Assembly (NCBI GenBank): GCA_900617105.1
Contig: UYFQ01000079.1
Span: 1 to 47,373 of the forward strand
Direction of reading: 5' to 3'
DNA length: 47,373 nucleotides
From: Hydrurus foetidus
Lineage: Eukaryota
Numbering within the stretch: position 1 is the stretch's first letter; each line of letters opens with the position of its first letter. This document shows, one piece after another, positions 1 through 12,500 of this stretch. A model generated the notes under the pieces. That model was not told the DNA's origin and did not search any database. It saw only the letters and a list, made by a program, of their open reading frames with translations. The position numbers and the translations under genes were made by a program.

Positions 1-3000
1 AGGGGCCATCAAAACCCCAATGCGAACCAATACCGGGGCCGTGGGTCCGGCGGTAGGGTAAATACAACCCCCCGCAGGGACACAACCCTCCTCCCAACAC
101 TCGGCCGGGACAACACCAGGGTAGAACCTTGCCCATGACTGTGTGGCTGCCACATTCGATGATGATGTCTTTAATCTGACTGATGATCATCTCGAAGTGC
201 AGCCACATGTACCTATTCGTGAAGAATTTTTACATACCCCTTCCACCCTCGCTTCTCACCACCTTAACGTTACGGTTATTGTGCAGGATAAGGACAGGAC
301 AGGCCCAGCTAGCGAGCTGCGCGCCGCGGGAAAGGCCGTAATGGATACGGCCAATTATTCCGATAATTTTATTTCATATGACATGATTGAAAAATTAAAT
401 GCTACTCACTTATGTTATCCTGCTCTTAAAGCCATAACTGTTTGCAGCGGTCTCGATGGCCAATGCTATCTAAATAACGAAATTTGCGATTTAAAAATCC
501 TTTTTCATTCTTACGATGGTGAATGCCATAGCATCAGCCTACCCATGAGGGTCAATCGGAAAACCGACATCGACATTTTATTTAGCCGTGAAACGGTAAA
601 TAAGTATGATTTTGGACGTTAACTCCGTTTGCATTCGGCATTTCTCCTGAGCTAAGTGCTGAGAATAAGAGAAAGAGCGATGCTCGCAGACGCGAATTCG
701 AAAGAAAAGAAGCTTTGGATAAACTCGATCCGTTGTTTCAACACAAATATACGCGTCGTATGATAGCGTTGGGTACCGAACCTGATACAGCCGTAGTCGA
801 GTCTTTAACACCTCACTACGACAAGCTGAAATATCCAGGCGGTAAACCACCCTCTAAAGAGAGAAACACACGGATCTTCCGAGTATCCAAACAAGAAGAG
901 CATATTGCATGGTCAATCTTCTTCGAAGAGCAACGTCTCTTGTGTCCATACAATGTCGACATGTAACGATACTCAGATGGAGATCGAGGGAGTAGCTACC
1001 CAAGATCCCTGTGGTGTTGTAGGTTGTGAGCGACTGAATAGTGTCACTACTATTCTCGCAAAACGTACGGGTGATACACCGCACCTAGGTGGCGACCAGA
1101 TTCCCACCCCTACAAACACTTCTGAGGACTCTGATACCTTAGACTATGTCACTGAGCCTTTATGGCCCAGTGGTGTCGCACTCTCAGTTGACGAGATTGA
1201 CGATGGCAAGATAGATACGTTTGCCCCCTTCTTGGCGGAGAAACCTAGTCAAGATGACTTGCCCAAAGGGCCAGAGGATTTCCTCAAAGAGATTACCTTT
1301 GAAGGAGATGAAAGCTTTCAAAGGAAGCTCCGAGAGCTCTGTTCTGAATATTCAGACATCTTCAGTGATCAATTAGCTGAGAAACCAGCGTCACTTAAAC
1401 CCTTTGAGATTAACATCCCACTTGAGTTGTGGGAAAAAGACGAAAACCGTACGCCGGTACGTCCCCAGTCATCAACAAAAGAGGTTGCTCTCAAAGAAAA
1501 CCTTGACGAGATGCTTGCATCAGGGGTTATAGAGCGATCAGATGCCGCTTATTACAGTCATCCTGTAATAGTAACTAAGTCACCCGGTAAATTTCGAACC
1601 TGCATCGATTACCGGCCACTTAATAGGTGTCTTAAGCCGGCCTCATTCCCGTTACCAAATATCAAACACCTCTTTGAGAGGATCGGTAATAAAAAACCGG
1701 ATATTTTTGGTGTGATGGATTTAACCGCTGGTTACCATCAAGCACCGTTACACCCCGCACACCGCATTTTACGGCATTCATATGCTTTGCGGGGGTATTT
1801 CAGTTTACGAGACTGCCCTTTGGTCCGTGTCGAGCCCCTCTTACTTTCAAGAGCAGATGGTAACGGCGGTCCTCTATGGCCTTATCTATCATTGTTGCGA
1901 GATGTATCTCGACGATTGTATAGTATATGGCAAGGGTGAAGCAGAGTTTCTTACTAACTTGAAAAAAGTTTTTGCAAGATTTAGACTTAAGGGTCTAAGA
2001 CTCAAAGCTAAAAAATGCCGTTTCGGCCTTCCACGTATTGAATACGTTGGCAGAGTCGTTGACAAAGATGGTCTATCCATGTCAAAAGAGAAGATAGAAA
2101 CAGTTTTAAACTTTTCTATACCTAAAAATTTAACCTTACTCAGGTCATTTTTGGGTTTAGCGAACTATTTTCGACAGTTTGTACCAATGCATTCCACTTT
2201 GGTTAAGCCAATGCAGGATATGATTGATCACTCTGCTCCGAGACGTTCTGCTGTAGTTTGGACTCAAAAGAGCACCAACTCATTTGTTGACACAAAGATT
2301 GCTATATCTCGTTGTCCATTAATGTACTTCATTGATGACAATAAGTTAGACATCCGCTTGTATACAGACGCATCCGACTTTGGTATCGGTGGAGTCTTAT
2401 TCCAAGTTGTTGGTGCCATTTGGCAACCAATTGCTTTCATTAGCAAATCGTTGACACCCACACAAATAAGGTGGTCTACGATACAAAAAGAGGCTTATGC
2501 CATCTTCTATTGTTGTACACAACTCGATTATCTAATCAGAGATCGTACGTTCACTATCCATACGGATCACTTGAACATAACATATATGAAACAAAATCCT
2601 ACCTCAATGGTGGCGAGATGGTTCATTGCTATGCAAGAACTAGATTTTACCGTGGTATTCGTACCCGGTACTTCGAATGTTTTGGCAGACGCACTGTCAA
2701 GGCTATGTCCTAATCTGACAGAAATTGCTCTGCCGTTACGAACAGAAGAATTGGAATTACTTCCTACTTCATCATCTTCTTTCACTGTATCAGCTCTGAC
2801 GGTCATAGAACCGGCTTCAGACGATCAGTTAGAATACATTCAAATGTGCCACAATGCAATTGTCGGTCACAACGGCGTAGACCGTACCCTTACTCGGTTG
2901 TTTAGTTTACAACAAGTATGGAAAAACATGAAACAACATGTACGTACGTTCATACAGAACTGTCCGTGTTGTCAAAAGTTGAGTGCAAAAGATCCTAAGA

Positions 3001-4103
3001 TCAATGCGTCTCATTTTGCAACTTCAAATTATGCTATCTTCGATACGCTAAATGTTGACTATATTGGTCCATTTCCTGACAAAGGTTATATCCTAGTCAT
3101 CATCGATACATTCACACGATGGACAGAATTGTTCTGGTGTGCAGACGCAGATGCTAAATCAGCAGCTGACTGTTTGCTTGCGCATTTTGGTCGATTTGGA
3201 TCACCAAATATGATTAGATCTGATCGAGGATCACATTTCGCAAATGAATTGATCAAAGAATTCTTAGATCTTTGTGGGACACCACATAATCTCACCCTTG
3301 CTTACTCGAAACAAGAGAATGCAATTGTTGAAAGAGTCAACAAAGAGGTGAATAGACACTTAAGAGGTTTAGTTTTTGATAAACAAACCCTTGAGGGATA
3401 TGCTAAGTCAATCCCATTCGTGCAACGTATCATTAACGGTTCAGTTAATAGACGCACAGGTGTCTGCCCCGCTCATTTATTGTTCGGAAACAAACTTGAT
3501 TTGAATCGTGGTATTCTCACTCCACACTTAAGTGTCGGAACACATTCAAGATCAACGTACATATCAGATTTGATAAGTGTACAAGACAAAGTACTTGAAA
3601 CTGCGGTTCAAACTTTGTTAAAAGCGGATGCTAAAAACGCCGCGTCAGCTGAATCAGCGACTGTGTTCCCCGTGGGGTCATATGTCTTATGCCGATACAC
3701 TGATCGACCTCCAACTCGATTACATACTAAGTGGCATGGCCCTTACTGTATTGTCTCCTTTAAGGGGTCCGAGTATGTTATCGCTAATCTTGTAAACCAC
3801 AAGACACGAAGTGTTCACGTCAAGAATTTGAAAATATTCAATTATGACCCAGAGGTAGATATACCTGCTGACACTGCTCGTCGCGATTACATGGAGTTCG
3901 TGGTTGAGAAAGTTCTGGGTCACGCTGGTGACACCAAGAAACCGACTACAATGTCGTTCCATGTTAAATGGCTCAACTACGATGACTCTCATAATACATG
4001 GGAGCCGTGGAAATCACTACGGCTCTGTGAAGCACTCCATGATTATTTACGGGATAATAGAATGAAGCATTTCATTCCCAAAAACATTGAGACATCAGCC
4101 TAA
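1..4103 (+). pseudogene. Element A gag-pol polyprotein, broken by several 1-nt frameshifts
   Basis: PR-like AVMDTA; RT motifs CIDYRPLN, DLTAGYHQ, RLPFG (third frame, 1771-1835), YLDD; RNase H TDASDFGIGG; IN zinc-binding H/C residues, DDE motifs (VDYIGP, RSDRG, IVER) and KWHGPY; chromodomain FHVKWLNY...NTWEP. Frameshifts near 56-58, 124, 610-613, ~900, 1767-1770 and 1835-1838. Confidence 0.9.
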
Positions 4104-4434
4104 GTTGCTGATCTCGAACGTATTATCTTTTGAAGATTTTTCCTAATTTTTCCCTCTATGAGGTTTTTATGGTTTTAGTCAGTAAAAATCTGACATAATT
4201 ACGTATCGAGGTCTCGTGCGCAAGTACATGGTACTAGGCAACCACCTTGTCACCTTGACCGACCCACCACCCAGTCTATTTGTATAGATTTTTATTTATT
4301 TTTTATTATACATTTCAATGTATTATGAGATTTACATATTTGTAATCTTTTTCTTTATTCTTCCTTTAGTTAGTTTTAGTTGTATTAGATTTTTGTACAA
4401 AACGTGGTGGTCGCGTCATAGGTTCTTTTTCTTC

Positions 4435-4457
4435 AGAAAAAAGATAAGTGGGGGTGA
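4435..4457 (+). other. Polypurine tract of element A
   Basis: AGAAAAAAGATAAGTGGGGGTGA directly before the LTR-initial TG. Confidence 0.8.
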
Positions 4458-4668
4458 TGTGGTCGGACCGGCTATACCGGGCCTACGGGCCGTACCGGAC
4501 CTAGTCCCGATCCATCCGATCCTACCGCCTACTGTACACATACATCTCTAGCGCAGCTGCTAGCTAGCTCTAGCCTACTCGTAGAAGTTTATCCTAGCTT
4601 CTAGCTTAGTCTTGTAACTAACTAACTAACACCTCCATTCTATCGACCTATCTTCTATCCGGACTACA
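4458..4668 (+). repeat. 3' LTR of element A (211 bp)
   Basis: Begins TGTGGTC and ends GACTACA (imperfect inverted termini). Similar in size to the other LTRs here and shares CCGATCCATCCGAT with the B2 LTR. Confidence 0.8.
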
Positions 4669-5453
4669 GTTTATACGATAATCGCATTTGCGAATATAAA
4701 GTGCAACAGAATTCAGCAGTGACAGCGAAAACCTCCAGGGTGCACCCCATATCAGCGTCAAGGAAAACACGAGTTCAACATGAGTTCGTCCGCGCGGCTA
4801 ATGATGGCGCCATCCCCAGGACCCCTAGTTGAGCGACTGAGCAGATGTAATAGAATGCAGCCGAATCTAGGCAGCGAATAAAATTTTTCCAGAGTTTTCC
4901 CCTATCTTTGTTGGGTGCAAAATTGGTAGTGGTGAGTTTCAGAGTTTAAGTCGTGCGCGGCACAAAGCAGCGCTATTCATTGGACTCAAGTATCTCTGTG
5001 ATTGAATAGATTTTTAAGGATTTCCGTCGGAATTATTAGTAAAGGGCTCGTGAGCTTCTTGCTGGAGCAACGAAAATGTTGGCGGCGATAATGGAGGGTA
5101 GCTCCTGGGTTTCCGTTGCGATGGAGAAAATTACCGCGGTTTTTAACTGGTGTCCAGGTAACATCTGCAAAGTTTCAGCCCCATCGGTTGAACTTTTAGT
5201 GTGAATGTGCTCTTCACCACGATCAATGAGTTGAGATTTCGCTCTGAGATGAGATGAGATGAGCAAGGCATTCTGAATCTCCAATTCGATTTCAAAATTT
5301 CCGGACCCCAATCTGGAATCAAGTTGTCGAAATTTCTGGACCCAAGTCTGGAATCGAAGTTTAGTTCCGTATAGGTTGGAAATGCCAATCACCTATATAG
5401 GGCCCTAAATAGGTGATTATTTGGAGAAAACCTACATAGGGCCCTATGCCTAA

Positions 5454-5646
5454 CAGCGAACCTATACGACATTTGTCGAAAAAATCAGACCGGCTGAAAA
5501 ACCGCCGGTTTTGGTTTTGCTGCACTCAAAAATGAAAGCAGGCACCCAAAACCAGGCCTTTTGAAAGCACCGCTTTTGATTTTCGGCCGCTTTTTCCCGG
5601 TTTTTCGCCCGGTTTTCTTGTCGAAAAATGTCGTATAGGGTCGCTG
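5454..5646. mobile_element. MITE-like non-autonomous DNA transposon
   Basis: Terminal inverted repeats of about 26 bp (CAGCGAACCTATACGACATTTGTCGA / TCGAAAAATGTCGTATAGGGTCGCTG) with TAA on both sides (5451-5453, 5647-5649). Confidence 0.6.
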
Positions 5647-6062
5647 TAAAGGCGAACGCAGGAAATTTCCGATTCCAACTCGGTCGCCAATAGAAAAAAT
5701 CGAAAAACCTTGGGTCGGTTGGAAATTTTCTTGAAATCCGATTCCGACTTTCGTGAAATCCGACGCGAATAAGGAGCGGCCTAAGAAGTTTATAAAACCT
5801 CTCCTGGAGAGGACATTTTTTTCTGCGGTCGTAATCGTAATACAGTACAGTACTGTACTGTACTGTACACTGTGGAGCAATGTAGCCGAAATTTCGCTGT
5901 ATTTTACGTACAGTTCCAACGATATACCAAGTACTGGCTGAAGTTTCGTATCACATACAATTTTTCAAATTTCAAATTCACTTACGCCCCATTTTTGGCT
6001 TCTCCAATTCTCCAACTCTAAACTGGAGCAGCCAGTAACCAACTCTTCTCCTGTCTTTACAG

Positions 6063-6996
6063 AACTCAAGCAGAATACGCAAAACCGATGATGCACTGAT
6101 GGTTGGTGTGAATGCAATAACCTCCACAACGACGAATATGATGCCTGTTGGTGTTGATGGTGATGGAATTATGTCACCGGTAAGGAACGAGGTAAGTGGC
6201 AGATCCTTCTGGTTCTTGTCGCAAGTTATACGTCGTGCATGTTCTGAGGACACTTTGATGTTTAGGAGTATCTCTACCCCGGGAATGATCTTCCTGAGGA
6301 CGCTTTCGCATCGCTGGATGATGGTGTTAACAGGAAAAGGGGATCTGTGACGAATAATTTGCTTCAAAGAGCAGGCAATTTCAAATCTAGGTGAGTGACA
6401 GCTTTCCTGACTGGATGACGTAATGATGAGTAGCATCGATGAGTTGAATAAGGCATCATATCATTCTACTATCGAACCTCGTTGTAGTATTTTGGCGCGC
6501 TTGATGCCGGTAGAAACTTAATCGAAGCTGCACAACTCCAAACCACATTTTTTGTCTGTTCGACATACAGTCTATTCCTGATTTCCCCCTTATGAACCGT
6601 CATAAAATCGTGAAAAATAATTTTCAGTACTCTGCGCTTTTCCTTCATCATTTACCTTGCAGCATAACTACTAGTCTTGATTTCATAGACGATCAAGTTT
6701 GCAGTTTTTTGAATGGCACTAAGATAGAAGCCAGCAACGATGGCAATATTGTCCGATTCGGCGTTGGCGAATTCGCAAATGAGACTGATGTATCTGCGAA
6801 TAGCAAGGCTGCTGTGGCTGACTATGATGGTCACAAGACAGAATCTGCAGAAAGCGCCCGAACATCTTTGGAGAGCGCGGAATCGAAAGGTCCCCGAACT
6901 GGCATGAAGGGAAGGGTGAGAACAACTCTCGAAAGAATAAACAGCACAGGGAAGAGGCTATCAGCCAGGTTTAGTGCGAAGGCGTTCAATGACTGA
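6063..6996 (+). CDS. 3' exons of an unidentified spliced host gene
   Basis: Acceptor tctttacag at 6062, donor GTAAGT at 6192, acceptor at 6265, donor GTGAGT at 6391; frame is kept across the first intron; last exon ends ...SAKAFND* at 6996. No family recognised. Confidence 0.4.
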
Positions 6997-8450
6997 CCTC
7001 CATGCCGCTGTCATTCGATATTAAATATGGGGTCGACATCCGAATAAAGCGCTCGTTTTCGCGTTCTTCAGAACGTCTTGCTCTACAGTACGGCAGCAGA
7101 TAAGTTAGAGGTCACCTTCGGCCTATTTTAAAATCAACTTAGCAATTCGGATTACGAAATCCGGAATAACTTCAGTATCTTTGGTCTGTAAATGATGCCC
7201 GCAACTAGCCCTGTGAGGTGTGACACACACACATCACATCATATAACTCACATCATTTAGCGATGCTTCATTAATTGGTCCTACTCAGTGGCTTATGAGG
7301 TACCTTTTGAACTTCGTCTCGTCCCGTCCCGTCTCAGCGGTATAATTTCTCCTGCTCTTTTGATTTTCAATAGCATCATAGCATTCTCACCTTCACTGTA
7401 TTTCATGTTTATCTCTCGTCGTTACTTTCTACCATAAAACAGGAGACTTGTGAGTCTCTCCTACTCTATTTTTAGCGTAATCAAATCACTAATGGTCGAC
7501 CGGAAAAAACCTCACATTTCACAAGAGATGGCAGTTGGTTGAATAACTTAAAAATTAGTTCGATTTTATTCTTGTTTTTTTCATAAGCAGTCTATACTTT
7601 GAGTCGATTTCAGTACGTAATTCATGTACATGATTTTGTTGCGAAACGAATTTGGTATCTTCAGACTTGGGCATCGACACAATGTCAGGATTCATCACCA
7701 CTCTGACAGAATTGATTCGTTGAAAATCAGCGGAAACTTCCTCATCTCTGCGGTGAAGTGCGACAAGTCAGTTGAAGTGGACGATACGATAGGAACACGA
7801 TGACCGGTCAACGAAGAATTGTTCAACCTGATAATCTCTGGATCGCTGTGAGAGATTTGATTTCTGAAGAGAATACTTAGGCCGATTAATCGAGTCACAA
7901 TATTACATTGGCTTCCTCTTCACCGGTCAGATGTTGACGTAACTTCTCAGAGAGTATCAGGCAATTTGATCATTTCTCACATTTGTATTGTATTGTACTG
8001 TACTGTACTGCGCTGCGCTGCCGCCCCATACAGCGTCTGTGCAGTATTTGGAATCATCCAAAATTGATGGCAATGAGATCACTTGCGTGACTCTTTCTTG
8101 TCTTCCCATCATTCTATTGCGCAAAAAAAGCGGCTTAATGTGTACCACCTTTTCGGTCGCCTGTCCGATTGAGAACAAGGAAAGTTCCTCATGTAAGATG
8201 CGTAATGTGACTCCGGACGTATCATAAACGCAACCACGTTCATTTTTCTCGTGGAATTGTTGCCGATATATTTGTTTAGAGACCACTAAAATTGCATACA
8301 GTCAAGCCTTGCGGCGCTACAAATTTTTTGCTGTAGCAATAATTAAGTTATTAACAAATGTACGGGTATCAATAAAGATGTAATATCTCATCAAGTCATG
8401 AATAGAGTTTGAGTAGAATTGCAACGAACGGACTGACACCATCTATCAGT

Positions 8451-9140
8451 CTAATTGTCTAATTTCTGGAACCCGACGAATGCGATGTACGTTGTCCAGA
8501 TTACAAATGCAGTATTTGTATACAGGAGCTGGTAAGTAGTCGAGATGACAGAGAAGTTCACTGTCTGCACAATTCCCCAGAACACGCAAGACCTCTTCAT
8601 GGTTGGAATCAAATCTTTCTTCAGTTTTTTCTCTATTTGAGCCAACTTTTGACGTAGCGTAGAGGTCATGTCTCTTGTTGCTGTGACATAAGTGAAGAAT
8701 AGTGAATTTAAAATTGGAGACATGAAGAATTGGTTTATGGTGACTTTTTTCAACACGAGCGCGAAAGTGATGTTTTCCTGAGGAACAATATGATTCAGAA
8801 TCTTGAACCAATATGTTATAAGCCAACCATAAACAGTTGCACCGTATATGCTCATGCAGATACTGCGATACCACGAGTGCGTCTGAACTGCGTCCTGTGC
8901 ATCATTATGACTTGTGGCATTAGCTTTTGATCGCTCAAAAGCCTGAGATATTGAGTCACTGACCACGCAGAGAGATGAGGCTGTTAGAACGTTAGTAAGA
9001 AGCGGTCGAAGCTTCAAACTTTTCGAGTATTCCGTGCTAAGCGAAAATATCAATCTCTTCGGAAGTTCAATCGACAAGGCTTCCGCTCGATTCAGAATGT
9101 GCAACGAAAGGAGCCCTGCCAACAGTGAAGTGAGTTGCAT
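8451..9140 (-). CDS. Mpv17/PMP22 family membrane protein (229 aa)
   Basis: RPLLTNVLT..SDSISQ, KKVTINQFFMSP and WGIVQTVNF..YTNTAFVIWTTY match the family pattern. The ATG at 9140 starts a hydrophobic signal-like peptide. Confidence 0.88.
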   Translation of the reverse strand: MQLTSLLAGLLSLHILNRAEALSIELPKRLIFSLSTEYSKSLKLRPLLTNVLTASSLCVVSDSISQAFERSKANATSHNDAQDAVQTHSWYRSICMSIYGATVYGWLITYWFKILNHIVPQENITFALVLKKVTINQFFMSPILNSLFFTYVTATRDMTSTLRQKLAQIEKKLKKDLIPTMKRSCVFWGIVQTVNFSVISTTYQLLYTNTAFVIWTTYIAFVGFQKLDN

Positions 9141-9519
9141 GACGGAGATGTTTCGGCAAGGAGTCGCTTTCACTGATTTTGAACCAACGCTGTGTGTGAA
9201 AGATGGCAGAACGGATGCAAGATGAATGCATGAGCATTTGGCTGCTACAGAACTGGCAATGTTCTTCTGAAACCAAACGTCGAATATCAAACATCAAACT
9301 GCCCAGCGGATCCCAGACCCGCCCTAGTCCAGGTTCAGAAACGCTGTCCCATCTCGATCTCCCTTCACACATCGCACACTCGCACACTCCACTCTCAACT
9401 CTCAACACGCTGGAAACGACCAGTGAATTAGATTGCAAAAATCTTTCTTTTACTTTCTTTGCAGAGCAACGTTACCGTGCTCGGAATGCTCTAGATTTGC
9501 GATCGGCGACTTCCTTGGA

Positions 9520-12500
9520 ATGAATTCGACTGAACGGATGAGAGACAGTATTCGCATCTTAGATACTATAGCACCAATAACTGGGATAGCTTTCGATGAT
9601 GACCACAAAGTTCTGTACTCTGGAGCAGGTGGCCAAATAATAGCCTACGCAAACATTGGAGTGATTGACAGAAACGCTGATCTTGCTCAAGTCGGGCCTG
9701 TAGATTTGTTTAGCATAGACACAATACATGGAATTAAACCTCTGAAACACAGCTTGCCAAGAGTCGTTGTATTTGGTGGCAAAGCTGTGTCCATCGTAAC
9801 ACTCTTATTGAAAACCGGATATGAACAATCAACCAATAGTTGTAGGCTGGTCGTTGACATGATTAAAGAAAATTTAGATGATCTCGTCTTGGATTGCACC
9901 GTTATCGATGATAAACTATTTATTGGCTATGCACACAATTTTGTAGATGTATTAGTTGAAAATAAGTCTCTAGCGAGATTTGAGCGAAATTGTCGAGTTC
10001 AATGTCCATCAATCTCTGCTCTGTTTTCCCTGTCGATAGTCGGTGGGAATGATAATGGCGATGCGAAGGACCCTTTGAAGGTTCTTGTTGCAAGCGGTAC
10101 AGCTTTTGGGAAGATAATTCTCTGGAACTTCCACATTCCTGCAGTAGAGAGTCTCATTGAAAGCACTGTGCCGAGTGTGAGCATTGTTGATGTCTTGTCA
10201 AACCATGAAGGTGACTTCACGCTGTGATTGGAAGGCTGCACACAACTTCTAATGCTTCGCAGGATGCTTCGTTAACAACCCTCTACTCTTTATACAGTTG
10301 TTTGACGGTGTGCTTCTTAGGTTTTTTAACCACCTTACACACTTCGAGTCTCATGAACCAACTGATCAAATTTTGGCGATTTGTTTGTCAGGAGTTATAT
10401 TTCGAATTCAGTGGTCTAAAATGAGAAATAGAATAGCATCAGTGTCTGATGATCGCACGGTGCGGGTGTGGGACCTGACAGACTGTGGAAAGGGTATACA
10501 GGTATCATCGATTTTCTTGCTCCTGATCATGACTGTCAGATGGAGTTGAAATTGCTGTTTGTGCTGTTTCACCTTTGGAGAAGTAGGCACCTTTCATTAT
10601 CCTGCACTGATAGACAATCAGGTGAATATCGGACTACTATTACGTGTCATAATTGACCAATGTCCCACTGTTATTGAAGGTGTTCATCGGTTGGGGTCAC
10701 ATCAGCCGATTGTGGGATGTGGTATTTGTCGGACAGAGTGAGGATAAAGTTGCCACCAGCTCTGAAGACGGAACCATCAAGCTGTGGAACATACACAGCA
10801 GCACCTGTGTCGCCACTTTACGTGGCCACTCCTCTGATGTATGGTGTCTAGCGCTGGCCAGCCATACAGGAGATACCCAGACCCTATTCAGTGGGGGTAA
10901 TGACGGATCAGTGAAGGCCTGGTCACTTGAGGCCCATGGGATATCCTGTCCAGAAGACCCCTCCTCCACCCTTGTAACACTCCCCATTCCGTGTGCATCT
11001 TACCGTGTAGGTGCCCCTGTGTCTGTTGCTTCGAGGAGAACCAACGGTGTTAGTGCTGTGACTTTGAGTCCCTCAGGGGCGTGGTGTGTAGTGTGTCTGT
11101 GCGAGGGAGGTGTGTGGGTCGTAGATGTCCTAGCTGCTCTCTCTCGGAACACCAATACCAAAACCAATACCGATGCTAGTAGCAGCAATGGAAGCCAATC
11201 TGAGGTGGCCCATGAGACGCATCAGCAACCCTCCTCAAATCATACAGCAACAGAATCATCAACATCAAAATCAACAAAAAAATCAACAAAAGAATCAGAA
11301 TCAGAATCAGAGAGAGTCGGGTGGTACTACTTGACCAAATTAGAACGCGCCGTGACAAACGCTGACGTCATCTTTAAAAGCCAAGCTCAAGGTGTTCAAG
11401 ATGTTGATGTTGATGCTGACTTTGGGGGCGACAGATTAGGGGAGGAGAAAGGATCACAGGAGAAGGGGAAGGAGTTCGCGATCATTGCGTGCGCACACAC
11501 TGACGGTTACGTTTCCCATGTGGATGTATTTCTCCGTGATGGGGGAAGTACGGGAAAGGGTCAGTCTGGATCAGTGGAGTTCACCACTCACACGCATGCG
11601 TGGAGAGCACACGACATGCGCACTATAAACGTGTGGCATGCAGAGATGCCGTGCCATGACCTTAAAAGTTCAAGTGCGAGTAATCGGTATTTGATGACTA
11701 GTTCCGTGAAGGGCACCTGCAGACTGTGGGGGGCGGGTCGGGGTCAGGTTCCAGACCAAGGTCCAGGGTCATCCCCCCAGCTGCTGCTAGACTGCGTCAC
11801 TGGCAAGGGTCAAGTAGCAGCATGTGTGTTGCTGCATCGAGACACTCTCATAGTCGGTGACTCGAGAGGCGGCATCAGTATATTCAGACTAGGTGAGGAA
11901 CGTTCTTCAGAGCATTCTGCGGAGTGTTCGGATAAACCCTTAGGAATAATTCGTGCGGATGTGTTTATCCCCCATGCCCATGGGAGTGAGTTAGTGTCGT
12001 GTCTAGTGGGGAACAAATACACAGGAGGTTTCTACTCAGCAGGCCATGACGGGTGTGTGTGTGACTTCACTCTGTGTGGGGACCTGGTCAGCAAGTTGAA
12101 GTGCCTCCCCATCAAGTCTCCGGATAGAATAGTGGTGGTAGGAAAGGGAGAGAGGGCCTCCATCTATGTAGGTGGATATTTCGGGTGCTTGTATCTCGTG
12201 TGTGACGTTAGGAGAGGCTACGAAATGATGAGGATAGAGGGAGGGGGCTGGAAGAGGTATGTACGTACGTGATTGATTGACTGACCTCCTTGATCGGCTA
12301 CTGGGACGTGATCTCATCTCCGGTACTATCTGACCTCGGCACATCTTTGCCACTTCGACTTGTGGCAACATGGATATCTGAACTATATTGTTAGATACTC
12401 CTACTAATTTCCCCCTTCTTCTCTGTTCCCTTTTCTCTTTTTTTTATCTCTCTTCCGTTCTCTCTCTCACTTTTCTCTCTTTTTCTTTTCTCTCTTTTTC

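Larger units (their letters stand above)
1..4668 (+). mobile_element. Ty3/Gypsy chromovirus-type LTR retrotransposon, element A (5' part outside window)
   Basis: Domain order gag tail-PR-RT-RNaseH-IN-chromodomain, then a polypurine tract and a TG...CA LTR. Confidence 0.95.

Noticed and set aside
1767..1838. Programmed ribosomal frameshift within RT
   Set aside because: Two separate 1-nt losses inside the conserved RT core; element C is continuous here.
5978..6436. 152-aa minus-strand ORF
   Set aside because: Splice signals and frame continuity favour the plus-strand gene; likely a shadow ORF.
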